Below, piece after piece: positions 1 through 14,029 of a stretch of 64,000 nucleotides of DNA. Both the position numbers and the translations under genes were made by a program. Every line of letters starts with the position of its first letter. Position 1 is the stretch's first letter. The notes below the pieces were generated by a model, which saw only the letters and a list, made by a program, of their open reading frames with translations, did no database searches and was not told the origin of the DNA. Origin of the DNA: Eledone cirrhosa (Eukaryota); contig OZ024740.1 of assembly GCA_964016885.1 (NCBI GenBank), positions 184,326,001 through 184,390,000 on the forward strand, read 5' to 3'.

Positions 1-548
1 CACGCCCTAAGACCCTACACATCATCCAGGCCCTCAAGCCCCACTCTAGATGTACTTTCCCTAACCCAGCCTCCAGACCACACTGTAAATGTTGTTGGTG
101 GTAAGAAGGATATCCAGCTGTAGAAACCAAGCCAGAAACAGTTCTGTATGAGCAAGACAGGTTCATCTGATCTTGCTTGTAGCACAGCGGAATAACTCTT
201 CTAACCCATAATAGTGTGGAAAAATGGATGTGAAACAGTGAAGATAATGATATTGACAAACTACATGCAGCCACACACATATCCAAGAATATCCTCAACT
301 ATGTAAGCATCTATATTTCTTCAAACTATCTCAAAATTATCAACCTGAAATATAATTGCTGTTTATATCAGACAGGAAATGTATGGAAACCTGTGTGTGG
401 GAGGAAGAGAAAGAGAGTGGAGAGAGACTTACAGAGAGAGAAAGGGGAGAAATTAAGAAAGAAAGAAAAAAAAGGGGAGAGAGTGTGTGTAAGAGCAATT
501 ATGTAGACAGACAGACAAACAAAGGAGAGGACTTACTTTTATGAATCA

Positions 549-1449
549 CTAGCAGTGGTACCCGGCGTTGCACGGGATAAGGCGGACCGCCAACAGACCT
601 AATCGTGGAAAAACTGCATGCCTGGACAATATGTAAAGAAAATAAACTGAATACTCTAATGGCTGAATAATCTTTAAGATTTTACTCGATGAAGCAGGAA
701 AAATGCAGGTTTTCAGCTAGGGGATCAAGAAAATGAATTTTTTCTATGTGCATAATATGCCTTGAAATTTCGGGAAAATCAGCTAGACGTAACGCCTCAA
801 AAAAGCCCTAGAATGCTGAAAATATAAAGTTTTTCACCTAATGCGGGCCCTAGGCCATATAAAAGTTGGATTTTCTTTGCTCACGATATGAAGAAGAGAC
901 AGACTAATACATAGTTACAATTTCAAAGAAATCTGTCTGACGTAACGCCTCAAAAAAAAAAAAACTAAAAACCTTAAAAACCGCAGTTTTTCACTTAATG
1001 CCGGCCCTAGGGGATCAAAAAGTTGAATTGTTTATGTGCATAACACTCCCTCAAACATAAGTAATACACATGTAAAGTTTGATAAAAGTAGGTTAGGTAT
1101 TTCTCGAGTTTTAGGGATTCAAACTCACAGACACACACACACAGACAGACATCCTCAGGGAAGTGACGTAATGCAGACAGCTAGACATACAGACAGATAT
1201 TATAAGGGCGCGACGTTATATGTATGTACTATCTAAAAAGAGAAAGACTAAGAATTATAGAGAGATCGCTAAATCGCCTAATGCGGTCCCTGGGGCATTG
1301 AAAATTTGAAATTCCTTTTGCTCAGAACACTCCCTGAAACATAAGTTTTACAAGTGTAAAGTTTGAAAAGAGTCGGTTGGGTGGTTCTCGAGTTTTAGGG
1401 ATTCAAACTCACACACAGACAGACATCCTCAGTTTGATATATATATAGA
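549..1449 (-). mobile_element. Non-autonomous Helitron-like element
   Basis: On the minus strand it starts TC (1449-1448) and ends CTAG (552-549), between host A and T. GC hairpin CCCG..CGGG at 561-576 lies just before the 3' end. (CAGA)n/(CA)n tract near the 5' end; internal sub-repeats near 830/990/1277 and 1072/1356. Confidence 0.75.
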
Positions 1450-2424
1450 TAGTGTTTTTCCTCAAATTATGAATGTATAAAATATTCCCACTTGTTAGTT
1501 TCTAATAGTTAAATTTATTTTGTTAAATCTATTCAATTAGTTACGTTGTGTAGTATATATGTAATTAAGTACTGTATATATTATATTTACTACAGAATAT
1601 CTTTTATTTTCCAGATATATTCTTTGTGATCCTGTTTCTATTTTTGTACTCCTGAACTTTCTTTCTCAGTTTTCATATGATTTATTACAACAAAAATCAA
1701 TATTTATATACCACAAGTAATAACATGACAAACTAAATATGATGGAGAGAGGGATATGTAGCGATATACAAGTTTTAAGAGGGGGTGAGTATGAGAAAAT
1801 ATAGAAGACATAAATAATCCGTAAATATCTGTGTTAGAGAAAAAACAAAAGAGAGAGAGAGTGTTAAATATAAAAGAGAAGGGAAGAAACTAAAAAGATG
1901 AAGATAAAAGGAAGGAGATGGAGATATAATAGAGAATGGAATAAAGGTATTTAGTCAATCATGAGATTAACTTACTATACAAAAGAACCGATATGCAATC
2001 TTATAAGGTAAGGTAAAACATTATACACAATAATAACAATAACAGTAGCATTAGAAGAATAATTAATAAATGTCAATATGTTTTTCTCACTCAGTCAATG
2101 TTTTTTCCTAAATGTATATGATACTTGAAATATTCTTCCATATTTATGGAGGAAATTTGAAAATAGCTCATTTTTCTTATTAATTAAATTATCATTATTA
2201 GTAATTATTAATAGAGTCTCTAAATTGCAAAGATTGCAGTTTGGTGAGATGGAAGCGTTCTGATAGGATTCAGAGTTTCTAAGCTTTATATTTTTCTCTT
2301 TTAAAGACCATATTAGTTTTGATAATGAAGTAGAAATTTGTTTATCTGGATTAGAGAAAGAATGTTTATGGTTGGAAAAGCGAAGTTTAAAGTTCGATGA
2401 AGTTGCACCTATGTAGTTATTTGC

Positions 2425-2790
2425 AGCACAGTTACGTCCCTTTACGGACTGAGTTCAAATCCCGCCGAGGTTAACTTTGCCTTTCATCCTTACGGGGTCG
2501 ATAAAATAAAGTACCAGTAATACACTGGGATAATTGCTGGCCTTGTGTCAAAAGTAGAAACAATTATTATTTGTTTTAAGGGCGGTGGATTGGCAGTATC
2601 GGTAGAGGGTCGGACGCCATGCTTTGCATCATAGAGTTACGGCCTTTTATTATTTGAGTTCAAATTCCGCCGTGGTTAACTTTTCCTTTCATCCTTACTG
2701 GTTCGATAAAATAAAGTACCAGTAATACAATGGAGTCGATTTAATAGGACCCCCCCCCCAATTGCTGGCCTTGTGCCTATATAAGAAACC
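2425..2790 (+). mobile_element. Two adjacent tRNA-derived SINE copies (one partial) inserted in the PLE
   Basis: A-box-like GGATTGGCAGTATCGGTAGA, B-box-like GAGTTCAAAT(C/T)CC, conserved body CCTTTCATCCTTAC..GTCGATAAAATAAAGTACCAG, tail GCTGGCCTTGTG. Same family at 14319, 36298 and 62345. Confidence 0.75.
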
Positions 2791-4250
2791 ATTATTTGTT
2801 TTAATGGTACGTTTATATACTAAATTCTTATCAAGGCAGTTATTTTGCAAAGGGCATTCTGATTTCCTTCTACAGTTACAGTTCAATTCCATGCTATTTC
2901 TATAACCTAAGCTGTTCGTATTATCATTGTTAATATTTCTAAGTGTTCTAATATATGTATTTAAATTATTGTTATTGTTATTCACATTAATTACTGTATT
3001 ATTATTATTATTGTTATCATCGGTAATTATATTTTGGCTAGAATTAAGAATTCTGCTATTAATTATTGCAGTATTCTGCGCCATATTCATAGTTGTTGAG
3101 TAAGAAAGTTTAACTGTGTGTCTATTGAATACTTATGTGATCTCGGGAAACATTTATCTAAGGCTTTAATAAGTAAATGTGCTAAAGGTGTTTTAATAGA
3201 TAAAGACGCTGGTGGGGCATACCAAATAATAGATCTAGTTCTAATTTTTTCGCGGTTTTATTCTCCAAATTGTTATGTTATTTATATTTTTACACTCAGT
3301 TTTATTTGTATTATCTTATTATTATGAATATTGTGTTTATAATTATTATTATTTTTTCTACATATTCAATATTATTTATATATCCTACTTTATGTAACGC
3401 TTCATTATAATATCCAGCTTTACTATTAAAAATGGATTTGTTAGCAAATAATCTGGTTATACATTGTTGAACACTATTGACTGTTGCATTTTCAACATTT
3501 TTAGGATGATTAGAATAAAAACTAACATAATTTAGGTTTTCATTGGGTTTATGGAAGGGGTAATATAGACCTAAGTTTAAATTAAGGGTTACGTCTAAAA
3601 GGTTAACTATTTTACTGTTTTCTACTTACAATTTCATGTAATTTTTAAAGAATTCTATAATTACTTTCTTTACTCTATTTAATTCACTATTACTATGTTT
3701 AACTACAGTAAATAATATGTCATCTCTATATAAACCACCGGTAATCTCCGGCAATTTTCTATTTATCATATTAAGGATGAACATTCCCAGAAGATCGCTA
3801 ACTTGCGCGGAATCGGAAATCCCATAGTAATGACGAAATTCTTCTGCCTATCCGAACGAGTCCAAAAATCATTATTAAAATCAATCAAGGTTCGTCTAGC
3901 CGTTAAAATAATATTAATCTCCTCACTAGATAGATCAGTGTGCTTATATGCGTATGAAAGCGCCTTATTCAAAAGCTTGGGGTTATTGAGGAGTAGTAAC
4001 TCGCTATGTCCATAACACACTCTCTCTCTTTTGTTTTTTCTCTAACACAGATATTTACGGATTATGTATGCCTTCTATATTTTCTCATACTCACCCCCTC
4101 CTAAAACTTGTATATCACTACATATCCCTCTCTCCATTATATTTAGTTTGTCATGTTATTACTTGTGGTATATAAATATTGAGTTTTGTTGTAATAAATC
4201 ACTGCCAAGACTGGAATTCAACCATCAACACAGTTGAGGTATGTCATATA

Positions 4251-4312
4251 TTTTATCTGATGAATACGTACTGAAAAAACAGCACAGTACCTCCGAAATA
4301 AATATAATAAAA
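4251..4312 (+). ncRNA. Hammerhead ribozyme-like motif (type I) in PLE terminal repeat
   Basis: TTTTAT-CTGATGA-stem II (GTACTG..CAGTAC)-GAAA-TAAATA-TA-ATAAAA; the base of stem II is imperfect. Confidence 0.55.
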
Positions 4313-4353
4313 CATATTTTGATTATGTAAATGTCTCATTTATTAATATTATG

Positions 4354-4628
<275 letters not shown>

Positions 4629-4834
4629 TTCGTTTCAGAATTTGTTTAGCAAGATTCTTTATCTGAAATCGTGTGTTGAAACCGATATTGTTATACTTTG
4701 GGACGGTCATGTTGCCAATAAGAAACACACGCACTAGTTGCTTTCACATCAATTTATTATATATTTATAAATTTATAAATTTATAAATTTCTGGTTGGTT
4801 GGTTGGTTCCACAACCAGATAGTTGTTTATATAT

Positions 4835-4879
4835 AGTCATATTTCTTTCATCACACACTATGTGACCTCTTCAGTGACT
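4835..4879 (-). ncRNA. Hammerhead ribozyme motif (inverted copy)
   Basis: Reverse complement: AGTCA-CTGAAGA-GGTCACATAGTGTGTGAT-GAAA-GAAA-TA-TGACT. Confidence 0.6.
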
Positions 4880-6152
4880 GGGATTTCTTTCTTTGTTTCT
4901 GTGCTTCTCCTTTGTTCTGTCCTACGCCATTTTGTTTCTGTGTGTGTGTTGTGTGCTCAGTCTGCACATGCGCCACATCCGGGTGTCTGTGTGTGTTTAT
5001 GTTCATTTATTTATGTGTTTATTTACATGTTACTGGTTGGTTGTTTGTTCTATGTGTGTGTGTGTTTTCATTTTGTCCTTAATTGTAAGTTGTGATGTTG
5101 CTGTTCCACTCATATTTTCTATACTGATTGCGGATTTGGTACGGGTGATGAGAAATGTGTCCCGCATGTGCAACCCCGAAGAACTAGAGAGACACACACA
5201 ACACTTCATCCACCGTATGCAGTTCTCTGGCTACAATCATAGAGATAAAATCAGAGTGTATAGAGGAGCCAGAACCAAATGGGAAAAAATGGTAAATAAT
5301 GACATAAATGGGACCTGCCCCTTGTATAGGAGCAAATTTTGGAATAGAATAGAAAGAACTAGGAACAAGGCTAATAGAATAAACTCATGGTATGATAGCA
5401 ATAAATACCAGAGTGCAATGTTCATCGATACAACCCCTAGTGGTGAATTAGCTTACAAATTTAGAAGGGCCCTAAATAAACATAAACTCAAAATTAAGAT
5501 AGTAGAAAGACCAGGTACCTCCGTAAAAACACTGATTAAGCAAGACATACCGTTTTCAAAGACCCTCATGTATAGATAAGAAATGTATAACCTGTAAAAT
5601 AAGCCCCCATATTAACTGTAAAACTAGAAATGTAGTGTATAGCATAAGATGTACTGAAGGACAATGTAGAGACAAAAATATAGTGTACATAGGTGAGACA
5701 GCTCGTAGTGTAGGGGAACGGATAAATGAACACTGGCGAGACCTTCAAGATAATAAAGAATCATCTGTACTCTACCAACATGCTAAAATAGAACACAAGG
5801 GTAAATTAGAGAACATAGAAATAAAAATAGATTCTACACACAGAAAAGACGCAATGTTTAGACAAATTACAGAGGCAATAAACATAAAATAATTACAACC
5901 AAAATTAAATAGAAAATATAAGTGGAACAGCAACATCACTACTTACAATTAAGGACAAAATGAAAACACACACACACATAGAACAAACAACCAACCAGTA
6001 ACATGTAAATAAACAAATAAATAAATGAACATAAACACACACAGACACCCGGATGTGGCGCATGTGCAGACTGAGCACACAGCACACACACAGAAACAAA
6101 ATGGCGTAGGACAGAACAAAGGAGAAGCAGAGAAACAAAGAAAGGAATCCCC

Positions 6153-6197
6153 AGTCACTGAAGAGGTCACAGAGTGTGTGACGAAAGAACTATGACT
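6153..6197 (+). ncRNA. Hammerhead ribozyme motif (minimal type I)
   Basis: AGTCA-CTGAAGA-G-GTCACA gagtg TGTGAC-GAAA-GAAC-TA-TGACT; stems I and II pair. Confidence 0.7.
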
Positions 6198-6323
6198 ATA
6201 TATAAACAACTATCTGGTTGTGGAACCAACCAAACAACCATAAATTTATAAATATATAATAAATTGAAGTGAAAGCAACTGGTGCGTGAGTTTCTTATTG
6301 GCAACATGACCCTCCCAAAGTAT

Positions 6324-6356
<33 letters not shown>

Positions 6357-6361
<5 letters not shown>

Positions 6362-6737
6362 TAATAAAAATAATGAATAAAAACAAAGAAACAGTTCCTT
6401 ATATTAAAAAATTCATCATTTTACGATCGTTTCTAGGATATATATGTGTGTGTTGATATGTATATCATATAGATCTATGTAAACTTGTTTACAAACCATC
6501 AGAGGGAATATACATACCTACACATATATATGCTGTCTTCAGAAATTATTTCTGAAGACAGCATATATATGTGTAGGTATGTATATTCCCTCTGATAGTT
6601 TGTCAAAAAGTTTACACAGATCTATATGATATACATATCAACACACACATATATATCCTAGAAACGATCGTCAAATGATGAATTTTTTAATATAAGGAAC
6701 TGTTTCTTTGGTTTTATTCATTATTTTTATTAATTTA
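6357..6737. repeat. About 380-bp near-perfect palindrome built from a hammerhead-containing PLE tail
   Basis: Arms of about 190 bp centred near 6547. The right arm reads ATTATTT-CTGAAGA(6552)-about 100-nt stem II-GAAA(6661)-CGATCG-TC-AAATGAT. Confidence 0.85.
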
Positions 6738-6862
6738 TCTTGACTCTGTTTTCCTGTATTTTTCATCTAAAAAAATGTTTGAATACATCTTCTCTTTTCA
6801 TGATATTCGGATTACATTGAGTTCTTCATACGGATTGGACAATACCGTACATTTTGGTACGG

Positions 6863-6967
<105 letters not shown>

Positions 6968-7426
6968 ATTTGACTTTAAATAAAGCATTTAAACTGTCAT
7001 ATCGATCTTTAAACTTACTGGTTGTATCTAATTAAGCAATAGAATTTCCAGTGCCAGTTAGTTATTACAAACATGACTATTAAAATAGTTATCCTAATCA
7101 AACATTAAAATCCATAAACCATAAAAGCTGTCTGTGTACCATTGAGACAATCAGAAATGTTACAATGTACGGTGAGTTTTAATGTTTAAAAAGGATATCC
7201 TTTTTAATATCCTTGTTTCCAATAATTCCATCAGGAACATAAAGACCAAATGTACATATACAACTAAGGATTTTATGTCATCATATATTGTACATATTAA
7301 TATATGAAAATATAGCATCACACTCTCTCTCTCGCTTTCTCTTTCTATCTATCTCACCCTTATACACACACATGTATGTTTGTGTATGTGTATATATGTA
7401 AGAATATGTATATACGTAAGTATAAG

Positions 7427-7733
<307 letters not shown>

Positions 7734-8249
7734 ACGTAAACAGAAATAACAACACAATCAGTATAGTATATGGAAGGAATATATTAGGTTAACGCTTGAA
7801 AAAAGCAGATAGAGGGTGTTGACGTTCCGGACGCTAGTCCTTTATAAGAAGAATGAATGAGAAATAAGATAAATTGAAGGGACGGGCAGGGTGGAATTGG
7901 AAAAAATGTATTTAGATAAAAAATAACAGGTCCATTCATGTTGACAATTCTTATAATTTTGTGTTTCTAAAGTAACACGGTGTGTTTATAGAAACCAAGC
8001 CAAAATCCGCCCTGGGTGAGCTAAACATGGTCCTATGGCCTGTTCTTTTCCCTAAGTGTCAATCCATCCTATCCATGAATGATGGACACTAATCGATGAT
8101 ATTGATGATGTATTTATGTGTGCATATGGAGCGTGTTTGTATATGTATGATATATGCATTTATATGACATATATATGATATATGCCTATGCATGCAAATA
8201 TATATATAATATATATATGTGTGTATGTCACTATCATGATATGTGCATG

Positions 8250-8290
<41 letters not shown>

Positions 8291-8379
8291 ATGTATATTA
8301 TGCTGGTACCACAAAAGACCCAGCCCGCAATGTAAAGTGGACAGATAAAAGACACGGCAGAAAGCACTCAGCACACACT

Positions 8380-8530
8380 CTCAATGTTAGGAAGGGCATC
8401 CAGCCATAGAAAACCATCCAGATACACTCCTGTATGAGCGAGACATGGTCACCAGACCCAACTTGCCTCTAAATGGGACCAACCCCGTCTAACCCATGCC
8501 ATTGTGGAAGATAGACATTAATCGATGATG

Positions 8531-8532
<2 letters not shown>
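8380..8532 (+). mobile_element. SINE 3' part (RTE-like tail ending in (ATG)n)
   Basis: GTTAGGAAGGGCATCCAGCCATAGAAA motif shared with 90-130 and, reverse-complemented, with 63605-63635. Confidence 0.5.
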
Positions 8533-8599
<67 letters not shown>

Positions 8600-8869
8600 T
8601 TGAGAGTAACACTATATTAAGCAAAGAACTCGATAATTGGGAAAGAATAGTGTAGGTATAGTAAATATTTGGTGGCCAACAGCTGAGCTCTTCATGTTTC
8701 AACTGCAAGTGAATAACCATACTTATCCCTCCACTATTGAAACTTAAGCTCAGCTGTCAAGCACTAACGTTTCATTATATATATATCGCAATAATACACA
8801 AGACGAAAATGATAATGACTCAAAAGACAATCCAGCCAGCACCAGATTGATAGTAAGGTAACCCAATTT

Positions 8870-9900
8870 AGGGCTGTTGCACATAATGTTGGGCCACTAA
8901 AAATTAGATGAAATAAAACTATGGGGATACTTGAGGGGAGACGAGTATATGTGTATTGTATAAAAGGTGAGAGACAAGAGTACATCAGCCAGATACTTAT
9001 TGGGGGGAATAAACATAGATATAAGCTATTCTTGGTAGGAAATTATATTGGGGTCACATTTTACCAACTGAAAAGTGTATAGATATAGTAGTTAAGGTAA
9101 TTAGAATAAATCACATAATTAATAACTTCAGAATAAGCATAGGCAATAGAATGACAATTTTTATCTCTACATATTTGTGCACTGTAATTAGGGCTAAGAT
9201 CAAGACCATTTCTGTGAGTACCTCTTATAGACAACTTTAATAATCAAATACAGAGACTTCATTCTGGTCAGTGACTTTATTGGGTATGTTGGGCAGTACC
9301 AAGATGGATACACGTACATTCATAGCAGCTATGGATATAACATGAAACGAAGATTGTCAAGACGCCTAGAATGTTGTAATGCAAATGACCCAACCATTTG
9401 CAATATTAACTTCAAGAAACCAGCAAACCATTTGATCTCCGACCAAACAGGTGAGCAAGGAAGCCAGGCTGATTTCATACTTGTTAGAATATGGGATAGA
9501 CAGGTGATTAAGAACATTAAGTTTTTTTACCAGGCATGGAATGACTGGAAAACTGGGGACAGCAAAGAGCAATATAAATTAGCTAAAAGCAAAACTAGAT
9601 GAGAAGCTTGTATAACATCAAACGAAGCAGAATGCCACAGTGGGGTGTGTTTTTACTGCAACGTGTTAATGTGAATCAGGGTATCGTTGGGGATATTTGT
9701 TCAAAATTTCTCTGGTGGCACACTTAGCCTCACTGATTCTTAAATAACAGAGAACTGGAAAGATGATTACTATGGAAGGATGATGAATGTGGGGAAAGAG
9801 CTGAGGGAAGAGGAAATAGTTCTAGTAGACTCAATAGAAGGGTTTGTTATCAAAATAGACACTTGTGACATCAATGAAGCAAACTGGGAGATGTAAGTTA
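8870..9900 (+). pseudogene. Highly decayed RTE-like LINE fragment (AP endonuclease region)
   Basis: Residual motifs (SDF.GYVG, ICNINFKK..HLI, QADFILVR) with many stops. Confidence 0.4.
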
Positions 9901-9904
9901 GTGA

Positions 9905-10172
9905 AAGGTCCTTTTGGTTATTCCTTCTGCTTCAACTTTCCAACACCCTTCTTAGAATTCTTGCTATTCCTAGCAAGGCTGTTTTCCGCAACAATCTTGT
10001 ACTGATGGTAATTCCTAGCTGTTCAAGCCATGTATCCAATATTCTACAAGCTGCTGCCAGTGTACTAACCACAATCCATACCACTTCAAACGTGTCTGAG
10101 TGATTCTTCTCAATTTCCAGGTTTCTCTCTTCACCTCATGGTATTTCTCAATTTTCTTACTATCCTTCTAAT
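9905..10172 (-). mobile_element. 3' fragment of an R4/Dong-like LINE
   Basis: Minus strand reads ..KTALLGIARILRRVLES*, like the C-termini of the 24239 and 29156 elements. Confidence 0.55.
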
Positions 10173-10173
10173 T

Positions 10174-10213
<40 letters not shown>

Positions 10214-10434
10214 TTTTCTTTATTAACCATAAGGGTTTACATAAAGTAGACATTAAGGACAGTACAGGACTAGACGGTACAAATGGGCATTTCTGCGTGT
10301 AAAAAAGACAGAGGATGTAATAAAATAACAAAGAAAAATTCCCCAATAGGAGGGAGACTTCCGAGGGACATTTGTGGAGAAAGCCCATTAAAAAGCCACA
10401 GTGACCCTGACCACCAGGGCAAGTGCCCTCTCCC

Positions 10435-13400
10435 AGTTTTCCACCTTTAATTTACAGACACATACTCAGAGAAGGCCCATTCATTCGGGCCATAGTTGCT
10501 TCTCTCACCCATCTTTCAACAAAATGCTGGGAAGAGAGCACTTCCCTCTATACCAAGATTTTCCTTTTCAAATGAAATTTGAAAAAGTTAATCAGGGCAT
10601 CACCGAAGAGGTAAGTGCTCGTCTTCAGCCCTTTCAGACGTGTCCACCATACTATCTCTTTCGCCATGGCCACCAGACATATAAAAACTGCCTGCCCTTC
10701 CCGGCTAAAGGAAGAGGGCGGGGCAATCCTCACGATGGACTCAGCTGATAGCTGGATCCGTCCTACACGTGACAGCAGGTGTTCGACATAAACCCACAAG
10801 TCAGAAATGCTCGGACACTGGACGAGTGCGTGCAGGACGGTTTCGTCGCTCTGCGCGCGTCTCTGACATGCCCGGCTGACGACACCTCCATGCCTGTAGA
10901 GTTTATCCCGAACTGGCAAAGCTCCCCGGTAGCATTGCCAGGCCGTGGATTTCTGTAAATTGTCCATAGGCCCATGCCCGAAAGTCCGTCCGAAGTGATT
11001 GGCTAGTTGATTTTCGTCGACGCCTAGAGTTTCTCCAAGTCCGTCATCGCTCTTACCTTCCACTAATCCTCTATAGAACGCCAAGGTGGAGTTTCCACCG
11101 ATCACATTGCCCGATTTGTCGAGGGCTGTGAGCGCCTGAAGACATTCCAGTCTCCAGGCGCTCCCTCTCGGTCTTCGCTTAACCCAGGACTGCAGCTCCG
11201 TCAAGGAAACGAGCTGGAGAAATACGTGTCTAGCAAACAGCGACCACACCTGATCACCGTCGAGGAAGAAGTGGAGATGTCGTAGCCTGAGCGCGTGGCT
11301 GCGCATCATCAGCCACGGCATTCCCAGCCCTCCACGTAGCGGGTGTTGACAGCAGATGGAAATCCTGACCATCGGAGCGCGTCCCTTCCACAAAAAGCGA
11401 AAGAGCAAACACTCCAACGCAGTCAGGCGGGGCTTAGGACAAGGTACGACGGTCAGGCGGTAGCAGATGACAGACGCGATGTACGCGTTAGCCACCTCCG
11501 CTCGACCTTTCAGGGATAGCTTCCTCTCCGCCCATTTCTGGGTGAGAGAAGCCACCCTGCTCGTCACCTCGTCCCAGTTTTTGTACGTCTGGAGGTCCGG
11601 ACCGAACCAGACCCCTAGCAATTTAACCGGTCCGCCCGTCCAGCGACCACTACGCTGTTGGCCGGCATGGACCTGCCTCTCCAGGTGCCGAGCTGCAGGC
11701 CCACTGACTATTCCTGGTTGATCATTGCTCCTGTCCCGCTTCGTATTTTCTTAGTGTAGTGCCGATCGCCTCGATGTGTTTGGCGTTCGACACCACTACG
11801 GTGACATCGTCCGCATATGCTGACACGGATCTTACGCATCCTAGTTCGCGCGGGACGCCCCTCAACGTCTCCAGTTTGTGCAGTATGGCTAGAGAGTCAA
11901 TACGTACAAGAGGGACGAGAGGGGACATCCTTGGCTGACTGAGCGCATGATGTTGAACGGTTCCGAAGGGTGACCGTTCACCCTCACCACAGAGCAGATG
12001 TTGCTGTGCATGGCAGCGATCCAGCCTCTGAAGACGGGCCCAAAGCCAGCCGCCCTCAGGACTGCCGCTAGGTAACGATGGTCGACCCTATCGAAAGCTT
12101 TCGACTGATCTAAATTGATCAAGGACCCACCCGTGCCAGGTGCCCTAGCTACCCTCTCTACGAGGTATCGCATTAGGTGGAGGTTGTCGTGGATGGATCT
12201 GTCGGGAATGGCGCACGTCTGCGCCTCTCCCACCAGACCACCAACGACAAGCGCCAACCTCTTTGCTAGCGCCTTGGCCAAAACCTTGAAATCTGTGTTT
12301 AGCAGAGTTATGGGCCTGAAATGATTTATGTTATCCCCCTTGTTTGGATCCTTTCTCAGCAGTGACACGGCTCCTCGGCTCACAGAGCTGGGAATTCTCC
12401 CGTTCTGTTGCCAGATGCAGTAGACGTCCGCCAAGTGGCCTTCGAACAAGTCTGGAATCTATACGTAAAGTTCATAGGGCAGACCATCCAAACCAGGCAA
12501 TTTACTCCTTATGCAGCCAGTCATTGCCTCCCTTACTTCAGCGGCTGTTATCGGCTTTTCGCAACACTCCGCCTCAGTGGCCGAGAGCCGCGGCAGTCCG
12601 TTGAGGTAGACACTAAAGTCCATTCCTCAACCCGGCCCACCGCTGCCCCCGAACAGCTGAGCGAAGTGTCGCTGAAAAGCTGTATTCAAGACTGTGCTGC
12701 GGTCGTCGAGAGCCGAGGCAGTCCGTAGAGGTATGCACTGAAGTCCATGTCCCGATCCGGGCCGCCGCCGCTCCCGAACAGTTCAGCAAAGTGCTGCTGA
12801 AAAGCTTCACACATCCGCTCCGGTTCGAGCATCACGCACCCGTTTTGGTCAGACAAAGACCGGATCGTGGCTTTGTTGCCACGACGCGCCTCCGCCACTC
12901 GGGCCCATTGAACGGCTTTCGTCCCCTCGTGTCTGAGAGCACGCACCCTAGCTCTGACAACGCAGCATTCGTGCTTTGCATTGAAGAATTGGTCAAGGGC
13001 CAATTTCGCCGCAAGTACGTCGGTCGCGAAGCCTTTGCAAAGCGCCTCGTCTAATTTTCTAACTAATTCTCCCTCTGCTCTAATTTTCTATATTGCTAAA
13101 GCCTTACTAAACCTAATGGACTCTATTCTAATTGCTCTTTTCAGAGCAAACCACCACTTGTTGTTGACGTGTCACCCGTCAACGCCCGCTTAACTAGTTC
13201 GCTAATCCGTTCTCTGTAGGCCTTGCACGCTGGTAAGGACGCGTTTAGCTTCCAGTAGCCGGGTCCTCGTCTATGAAGCCTATCTAAGTCAAGCACACAT
13301 ATCACGAATTTGTGGTCCGTGTAGCTGACTATCTTGAATTGTGGACAGCCTATGCTAGACCTATCTATTTCCCTACAAAATACTCTATCTAGATATGATC

Positions 13401-14001
13401 TGGATGACCCTATGCGATTTTTCCATTTCCACATTGGTACATCCGGGAACTCCAATCGGTACCTCTCAGACAGTTCAAAACGCCTGAGCAGGTTGTTGAG
13501 ACTCTTTCACCCTCCACCCCTATCCAATAATCCCACATAGTGCCAGCGTGCATCTAAGATCCCGTTCCAGTCGCCCACTAACACTAAAGAGCGGGACGTT
13601 CCAAGAAAGGTCTCCAGACGCCGGAAGAAATCAGGCCGCCCTGCTCCTGTCGGGGCATAGACGGCCACTAACCTGAAAGCTTGCTCGTCTCCGCTGGTCA
13701 CGTCCAGCACCACCAACTTACCTTCTGGGTCCAGGAAGATGGCCCGTATGGCAAGATCCAAACCTCTCCGAAAAAGCACAGCAACTCCACCCCCCCCCCC
13801 CCCCGTTCCCGGACGGCTGGGAGATGCGTACACATCGTAGCCGCCGAAGATCGGTGCGAAGGCCCGTGCTACGGAGATTCTGGTCTCGCTGATGGCCACT
13901 ACATCTATGTTTAGTGACCTGAGGTCGTTGAGCAGGTGGCCCTGCTTCCATGACGACCCCAAGCCACGCGCATTTATGCTGCCTATTCTGAGTGAGGTCA
14001 T
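10435..14001 (-). pseudogene. Tx1-like ORF2 (AP endonuclease, reverse transcriptase, C-terminal zinc finger), frameshifted
   Basis: LRIGSINARG, AISET, LVGDWN, YLDRVF, YTDH (APE); FRPITLLNTDFK, LDQSKAFDRVDH, SQGCPLS, AYADD (RT); ETVLHALVQC. Confidence 0.9.
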
Positions 14002-14029
14002 GTTGAAAAGGAGTGGAAAAGATGGGAAA

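Larger units (their letters stand above)
1680..4335 (-). mobile_element. Decayed Penelope-like element (RT C-terminal part + GIY-YIG) with inverted terminal copy
   Basis: Minus-strand remnants: 3766-4013 (ITMG motif region), GGLYRDD at about 3660-3680, IWYAPP, and CNCRRKSECPLQNNC..LVYK (2695-3090 ORF). 1680-1866 is repeated in inverted orientation at 4014-4200. Confidence 0.75.
4629..6330 (+). mobile_element. 5'-truncated Penelope-like element with inverted 3' copy
   Basis: Coding remnant 5122-5892 includes the GIY-YIG motif VYSIRC..C..IVYIGETARSVGERINEH. The 3' region 5912-6330 is repeated in inverted orientation at 4684-5120. Same family as 58400-60560. Confidence 0.85.

Noticed and set aside
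6357-6737. Palindromes here and at 42957 and 60685 as MITEs
   Set aside because: No recognisable transposase-family termini. The arms contain hammerhead cores or repeat tails shared with other copies, which fits PLE-type fold-backs better.
7819-7852. Minus-strand hammerhead-like remnant (CTTATAA-AGGAC..GTCC-GGAA-CG-TC)
   Set aside because: Several core substitutions and a weak stem I.
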